Shown piece after piece: positions 27,554 to 31,326 of a stretch of DNA of 31,326 nucleotides (its first letter is position 1; the number at the start of each line of letters is the position of its first letter). The DNA lies in IMG/VR virus record IMGVR_UViG_3300025018_000395, positions 1 to 31,326 of that record; one strand, given 5' to 3'. The stretch comes from a virus. Lineage: Duplodnaviria > Caudoviricetes. Under the pieces are notes generated by a model. That model saw nothing but the letters and a program-made list of their open reading frames with translations. It did not search any database and had not been told where the DNA came from. The translations under genes and the position numbers were made by a program.

Positions 27554-27713
27554 GGATGGCCTTTCTCATTTTTTCAATCCCAATTTGTAGCAATCCAAAG
27601 TTAGGGCATTTAGTGTTGTGGCAAACATGGTGGAAAAACTCGCCTGTTGTAGTAAACACCATTTCGTCACCACATTGTACACAATGGGGATGATTTTTTA
27701 TAATATTAGTCAT
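27528..27713 (-). CDS. Small zinc-ribbon protein
   Basis: CVQC...CHNTKC. Confidence 0.55.
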   Translation of the reverse strand: MTNIIKNHPHCVQCGDEMVFTTTGEFFHHVCHNTKCPNFGLLQIGIEKMRKAIHDEKNTNK

Positions 27714-27909
27714 TTGCAGCTGCTCTTTTTTTCGCTTCATATTCCTCTCGTTCCTTTTCCAATAATATTTTTAATTCCAATGACATCGCATTTCTAAGAT
27801 TTTTGAGTGACCTATCAAACTCGTTTGTCATTGTGTCAAGTATAATGTTCAGCGATGATATTGTGTGTTTAGTAAAATCAGATTTGATTCTTTCAAATAC
27901 TTTTTCCAT
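27706..27909 (-). CDS. Hypothetical helical protein
   Basis: AAGGA RBS; overlaps the next gene. Confidence 0.55.
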   Translation of the reverse strand: MEKVFERIKSDFTKHTISSLNIILDTMTNEFDRSLKNLRNAMSLELKILLEKEREEYEAKKRAAAND

Positions 27910-27934
27910 TATAAATCCTTTCTGTGATTGTTAT

Positions 27935-27983
27935 AAAAAAAAGGGGCGGATATGATTAACAAAGAGAGGAACGGTCCCGCCCC
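27935..27983 (-). terminator. Intrinsic terminator-like hairpin with a 25-nt loop (candidate antisense sRNA 3' end)
   Basis: GGGGCGGG-N25-UCCGCCCC-U8 on the minus strand. Confidence 0.7.
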
Positions 27984-28004
27984 ATATTACAGCGTTTATA
28001 AAAA

Positions 28005-28154
28005 TTACGCTGGCAAAACATTTTTCTTTTTTTTAGCCCTTTTGTAAACTGATTTTGTGGTGTATACACATCCTTTTTCAATTAGAGGTAGTGCATACTT
28101 CTTTGCAATTCTCAGAACATTGCTTTCATCTCTTATTGTAATTAATTTTTTCAT
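28005..28154 (-). CDS. 49-aa basic hypothetical protein (not in the ORF track)
   Basis: AAGGAGACAAG-ATG; MKKLITIRDESNVLRIAKKYALPLIEKGCVYTTKSVYKRAKKKKNVLPA. Confidence 0.6.
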   Translation of the reverse strand: MKKLITIRDESNVLRIAKKYALPLIEKGCVYTTKSVYKRAKKKKNVLPA

Positions 28155-28196
28155 CTTGTCTCCTTTTTTCGTAGATTAAATTTGTTTATTAATTCG

Positions 28197-28370
28197 TTAT
28201 ATTCGTGACCCTGACCATGACTGTGACGATGCCCGTGCCCATGACCCTGACGCTGACCTTGCCCCTGCCAATGATCCTGACCATAACCATTCCCCCGACC
28301 TTGCCCGTGCCCGTGACGCTGCCCCTGACCATGATATAATTGATTTTCTACGCCCTGCGCCTAGACTCAT
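28197..28370 (-). CDS. 57-aa Ser/Ala-X dipeptide-repeat peptide (not in the ORF track)
   Basis: ATGA overlap with the upstream gene. MSLGAGRRKSIISWSGAASRARARSGEWLWSGSLAGARSASGSWARASSQSWSGSRI, encoded by degenerate (T/G)CA-NGG hexamers. Confidence 0.65.
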   Translation of the reverse strand: MSLGAGRRKSIISWSGAASRARARSGEWLWSGSLAGARSASGSWARASSQSWSGSRI

Positions 28371-28627
28371 AATGCTAGCCCGTACGATTCTATTTTGGAT
28401 ACCCTGATATACCGTTGCTTCAACCCAAATGTTTGTATATCTTTGTAGCCTGCTTCATTGAGCGGCCCCGTTTCATATATAATGCTCGCATTATCAAGCA
28501 ATATGTCATTGTCATTTACCCCGATCAATTTTCCGTGGTAAATATAGCACTCACACCAGATTTCTACCATTTCTCCGAGAAGACTTTCTAGTCCCTCGCC
28601 TTCAACTTGTTCAATTAATTTTTTCAT
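28367..28627 (-). CDS. Small beta-barrel protein, Sm/LSm-like pattern
   Basis: LESLLGEMVEIWCECYIYHGKLIGVNDNDILLDNA...RYIRVSKIESY matches Sm1/Sm2 spacing; AAGGAG RBS. Confidence 0.55.
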   Translation of the reverse strand: MKKLIEQVEGEGLESLLGEMVEIWCECYIYHGKLIGVNDNDILLDNASIIYETGPLNEAGYKDIQTFGLKQRYIRVSKIESYGLAL

Positions 28628-28920
28628 TTTGTCTCCTTTGTTAAATTAATATTACCTGTTTCCGCAAATTTAATCAGGTACGGCAGCAGCTCCTTCACTT
28701 GATCTTGTGTCAGGTGCATCCGCGTTGTCAACAGTACATCTGAATGGATTGGATAGTCCACCCATCCAGCATTGCTTAATACTTTTGGGATTGCATTATG
28801 GATGCCAAACCATATCGCATCAAGTGATGCGATTGAGCTTTTTTGTAATGAGCATGATTCCCCATAATAATCATCAAATTCTATTAAATCGAAACCTCGT
28901 TTAGTTATTGTAGTTTTCAT
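28624..28920 (-). CDS. Conserved phage hypothetical protein
   Basis: RGF..IEF.D.YG..CSLQKSS.A...AIW.G...RMHL pattern; AAGGAG RBS before ATG 28920. Confidence 0.7.
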   Translation of the reverse strand: MKTTITKRGFDLIEFDDYYGESCSLQKSSIASLDAIWFGIHNAIPKVLSNAGWVDYPIHSDVLLTTRMHLTQDQVKELLPYLIKFAETGNINLTKETK

Positions 28921-28958
28921 TCGATCTCCTTTCCTTTTATTTGTTGTATGCAATTATC

Positions 28959-29143
28959 TGGCGTTCTTTGGAATTATAAGCGGTTGCCCCATACTGGGAA
29001 AGGGATGGCTACCTTGTTTGTCCAGAAGCAGTAAGAGCAACCAAACCACCGTTAGACAACCACTGTAACTTTGTGCGCACTCCATTACAGTAAACTTATC
29101 TTCTGCCTATAAGTGCAACCACTTATAATTCCAAAGAACGCCA
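28959..29143 (-). ncRNA. Candidate structured ncRNA: 29-bp closing stem enclosing five hairpins
   Basis: Arms 28959-28987 and 29115-29143 are reverse complements at 28 of 29 positions (the exception is U-G on the minus strand). Five internal hairpins tile the interior. Confidence 0.75.
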
Positions 29144-29151
29144 TACATAAT

Positions 29152-29697
29152 TCATTCGCTCTCCTTGTTAAAATCGAATAACATATTGTCATCATTTTTT
29201 TTATATATTAAATTATCTTTTGTGTAATGCTTTCTAAATTCATCTTCTGTAATATCCATGTAAATTATTGTTATTTGCAGTGCATTTACATCATCCCATC
29301 TTTTTACACCAAGGCCAGTTGTTATTTGACTGTCATCAACCCAAAATAGACCCGTCATTGAGTCATATAGCAGCTTATTCAGGTTATCTATGTCTGGCTT
29401 ATTTATCATGCGCTCTTGTGCGCAATTTTTTAGTTTGCCACGTTTAGTATAATGTGATGGCGGTCTTTTGAAACAATATGTCGCGCGTATGCAAACCGGA
29501 CCAGAAAACGGGTTCTTTGGCGCGGCCTTTTTTAGCAACCATCCAATATTTATTTTGTCAGGCTTAGATGGATCATATTTCCCGCCATTTTTTGCGTCTC
29601 TATGACGTTTTTGCGCAACGGGTTTATAGTTGGATAATACAATAACTACTTCTTTATGTTCGCTGTCTATATTTACCCATACTTGTTCTTTATTCAT
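29152..29697 (-). CDS. rusA: RusA-family Holliday junction resolvase
   Basis: KPDIDNLNKLLYDSMTGLFWVDDSQI catalytic motif. ATG 29697 has a GAGGT RBS and an ATGA overlap. Confidence 0.9.
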   Translation of the reverse strand: MNKEQVWVNIDSEHKEVVIVLSNYKPVAQKRHRDAKNGGKYDPSKPDKINIGWLLKKAAPKNPFSGPVCIRATYCFKRPPSHYTKRGKLKNCAQERMINKPDIDNLNKLLYDSMTGLFWVDDSQITTGLGVKRWDDVNALQITIIYMDITEDEFRKHYTKDNLIYKKNDDNMLFDFNKESE

Positions 29698-29978
29698 ATC
29701 AACCTCAAAACGTATTTTGCCTGACATTTCATATTATCATCAGATATAAAAATGTAACTGCTATCTAAAATACCTCTCTCACTTACGAGGTTCGATTCTG
29801 ACAGTTTTATTTTAATTGTTACATAGTCACTATCCAAATCAATGTGAAAATCGCTGTGAAATCCATTTTCGTCGCCGTAGAAAAATGAGAATGAGTCATC
29901 TATTTTAATCACGTTGATTTGTTTACATAATTTATCCGATATTACATCAAAACATTCGACTGGTTTCCAATTATTCAT
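29694..29978 (-). CDS. Hypothetical acidic protein
   Basis: AAGGTGA RBS; translationally coupled to rusA. Confidence 0.55.
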   Translation of the reverse strand: MNNWKPVECFDVISDKLCKQINVIKIDDSFSFFYGDENGFHSDFHIDLDSDYVTIKIKLSESNLVSERGILDSSYIFISDDNMKCQAKYVLRLI

Positions 29979-29996
29979 TTAAATCACCTTCCCGAC

Positions 29997-30479
29997 TTAA
30001 ACTTTTCCTATCAAGTTTTTTACGTTTGGTTCATTGTTTTCTATTTGTTTTATAGCACATTGTTTTTTATACGATAAAAATCCATCAATGAATTTATTTT
30101 GTAAAAATTGTATCTCTTTTTCTTTGGCCATTCCAATGGCGTGCCAACCTCCTGCGTAAAGTACAGCTTTTTTAATGACTTGATCGCTTGCGGTGGCATC
30201 TTGACATCCAACTCTTTTTATTTCAGCGAGCACTTCTAACCATGCATCCATTGCCAAATTTTTATCATCCTTAACTAGATATGACTTAATCTGCACTGGT
30301 TTGGGTAGAAAAATGTTGTTTTCGCATGCCTTTCTTATTGCTATACACACATCCCCAATCGTAAATTGTTTTAGAGAATCCCAATATATTTCTATTTTAG
30401 GAACCGTTATTTCTTTATCGAACAAATCAAACATCATTGCCAATGTAAGATTGAATTCCTTCATATCGCTATTTTTCAT
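29997..30479 (-). CDS. Replication accessory protein (helicase loader/inhibitor-like, DUF6475-like C-terminus)
   Basis: IYWDSLKQF...FLPKPVQI...[13 protein letters not shown]...GGWHAIG; directly follows the initiator. Confidence 0.6.
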   Translation of the reverse strand: MKNSDMKEFNLTLAMMFDLFDKEITVPKIEIYWDSLKQFTIGDVCIAIRKACENNIFLPKPVQIKSYLVKDDKNLAMDAWLEVLAEIKRVGCQDATASDQVIKKAVLYAGGWHAIGMAKEKEIQFLQNKFIDGFLSYKKQCAIKQIENNEPNVKNLIGKV

Positions 30480-31191
30480 TTTGCTTCCTTTCTGTCCATT
30501 TAGCGGCGACCTCTAAATTTTTAATGGTTTGCTTCGACATCCCCACTGGTGCATCTTGATTCAATAGCGCATCCCTTCCCCTTTTTGCTAACCAATTTTT
30601 TGCGGTTAAGAATAAGTTTTTGTAGTTAGTGTTTTTCCTGTAGTTTGATATGTCATCGAGTATCTGATCAATTTGTGATTTTGAGTAACCAAGTTCGGTA
30701 AGTTTTTTAAATTCATTTTCTGTAATTTTCAAATGATCAAACTGCCTATATAATATTTCTTTTACATTCTTTTTTATTTTTTTACATTCTTTTACATTAT
30801 TGTCTGTGTTCATCTGTTGTTCATCTGTTGTTCGTTTGTTGTTCATCTGTTGTTCGGTTAGCTGTTCACATTTCTGGTATAAATTCCAGTTACATATTGT
30901 AATTATTGAGTATTTATTCGTTGTTTGTTGTTCAATTAGCTGTTTGATTTTTAGCATTTTTAATATCCTAAAAATTTTAGAACCGTGAACATTAGTGTTT
31001 TCAGATATTTGCTTGCGTCCTGTTATGAATTGTCCAGGTTTTAAGCACACCTTAGAGCCGTTAAAAAACACCTCTTTTTCAGTGTGATTTGCGCGCAATA
31101 AACAGTAAATCCATACGTGTAAATATTCCGAATTTGTGAATATTGGATTTTCAATAAGCTTCCTGTGAAGCTTTATCCAACCATTTTTCAT
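30469..31191 (-). CDS. Phage replication initiator (lambda O / replisome-organiser-like)
   Basis: GWIKLHRKL...[11 protein letters not shown]...GQFITGR...[10 protein letters not shown] winged-helix N-terminus; internal iterons. Confidence 0.85.
   Translation of the reverse strand: MKNGWIKLHRKLIENPIFTNSEYLHVWIYCLLRANHTEKEVFFNGSKVCLKPGQFITGRKQISENTNVHGSKIFRILKMLKIKQLIEQQTTNKYSIITICNWNLYQKCEQLTEQQMNNKRTTDEQQMNTDNNVKECKKIKKNVKEILYRQFDHLKITENEFKKLTELGYSKSQIDQILDDISNYRKNTNYKNLFLTAKNWLAKRGRDALLNQDAPVGMSKQTIKNLEVAAKWTERKQNEK
30751..30867. repeat. Putative replication origin: 11-bp iterons plus AT-rich unwinding region
   Basis: TGTTCATCTGT-type units at 30807, 30818, 30829 and 30840, degenerate copies at 30851 and 30863. 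Adjacent 30751-30800 is AT-rich with three TTTTACATT copies. Confidence 0.8.
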
Positions 31192-31325
31192 TAGCAGCCC
31201 TCAGACCGAAGTTCTTTTTCGAGTTTTTTAAGATGCCATTTTGGGATTTTTCTCCCGTTCATCCATTGTCTTATTATGGATTCGCTTTTTAAACCTAATT
31301 TTACGGCTAATATTGCAAACCCGTT
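31191..31325 (-). CDS. Partial Cro-like HTH protein (5' end outside the window)
   Basis: ...[44 protein letters not shown]; TAATG overlap with the initiator. Confidence 0.6.
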   Translation of the reverse strand, partial: NGFAILAVKLGLKSESIIRQWMNGRKIPKWHLKKLEKELRSEGC

Positions 31326-31326
31326 A

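Noticed and set aside
28203-28334. Hexamer repeat region as a CRISPR or TIGR-like guide array
   Set aside because: The period is 6 nt with no repeat/spacer alternation, it reads as an open coupled ORF, and no Cas or Nop-domain gene is present.
28959-29143. Inverted-repeat element as a MITE, tRNA or retron msr-msd
   Set aside because: No target-site duplication, second copy or transposase; no T-loop/anticodon geometry or tRNA size; no reverse transcriptase in the window. The strand-specific G-U pattern favours another structured RNA. A MITE is not fully excluded.
1-31326. Terminal repeats, att sites or host flanks
   Set aside because: The two window ends do not match each other, the right end falls inside a phage gene, and no integrase, tRNA or host gene is present, so prophage versus free phage cannot be decided.

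Overview
The window is a large, probably near-complete fragment of a tailed dsDNA phage with a podovirus-like layout and no tape measure or tail tube gene. Almost all genes are on the minus strand. Right to left in transcription order: partial Cro-like HTH, replication initiator with an internal iteron/AT-rich origin, helicase-loader-like gene, RusA, a ~190-nt structured intergenic element, small accessory genes (Sm-like protein plus an Ser/Arg/Trp/Gly dipeptide-repeat peptide), an inverted three-gene membrane/lipoprotein cassette, terS, terL, an expanded decoration-like protein, portal, scaffold, major capsid, adaptor, spike, nozzle and fibre, ejection proteins including a 1.3-kaa protein with an ADP-ribosyltransferase domain, holin-like gene, M15 endolysin, then a strong sigma70 promoter driving J-domain, YqaJ, annealing-protein and XRE-HTH genes. 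The most striking unexplained signals are non-coding. (1) An almost gap-free six-way-junction RNA at 28959-29143 has a 29-bp closing stem, G-U pairs only on the minus strand and a palindromic loop. (2) A terminator hairpin at 27935-27983 has a 25-nt loop antisense to the leader and Shine-Dalgarno of the early transcript 25 kb away. There are also two reading-frame lesions: an A10 frameshift in the giant ejection gene and an in-frame TGA in the J-domain gene. No integrase, CRISPR array, tRNA or reverse transcriptase was seen. All family calls are by eye from motifs and gene order, not from database searches.
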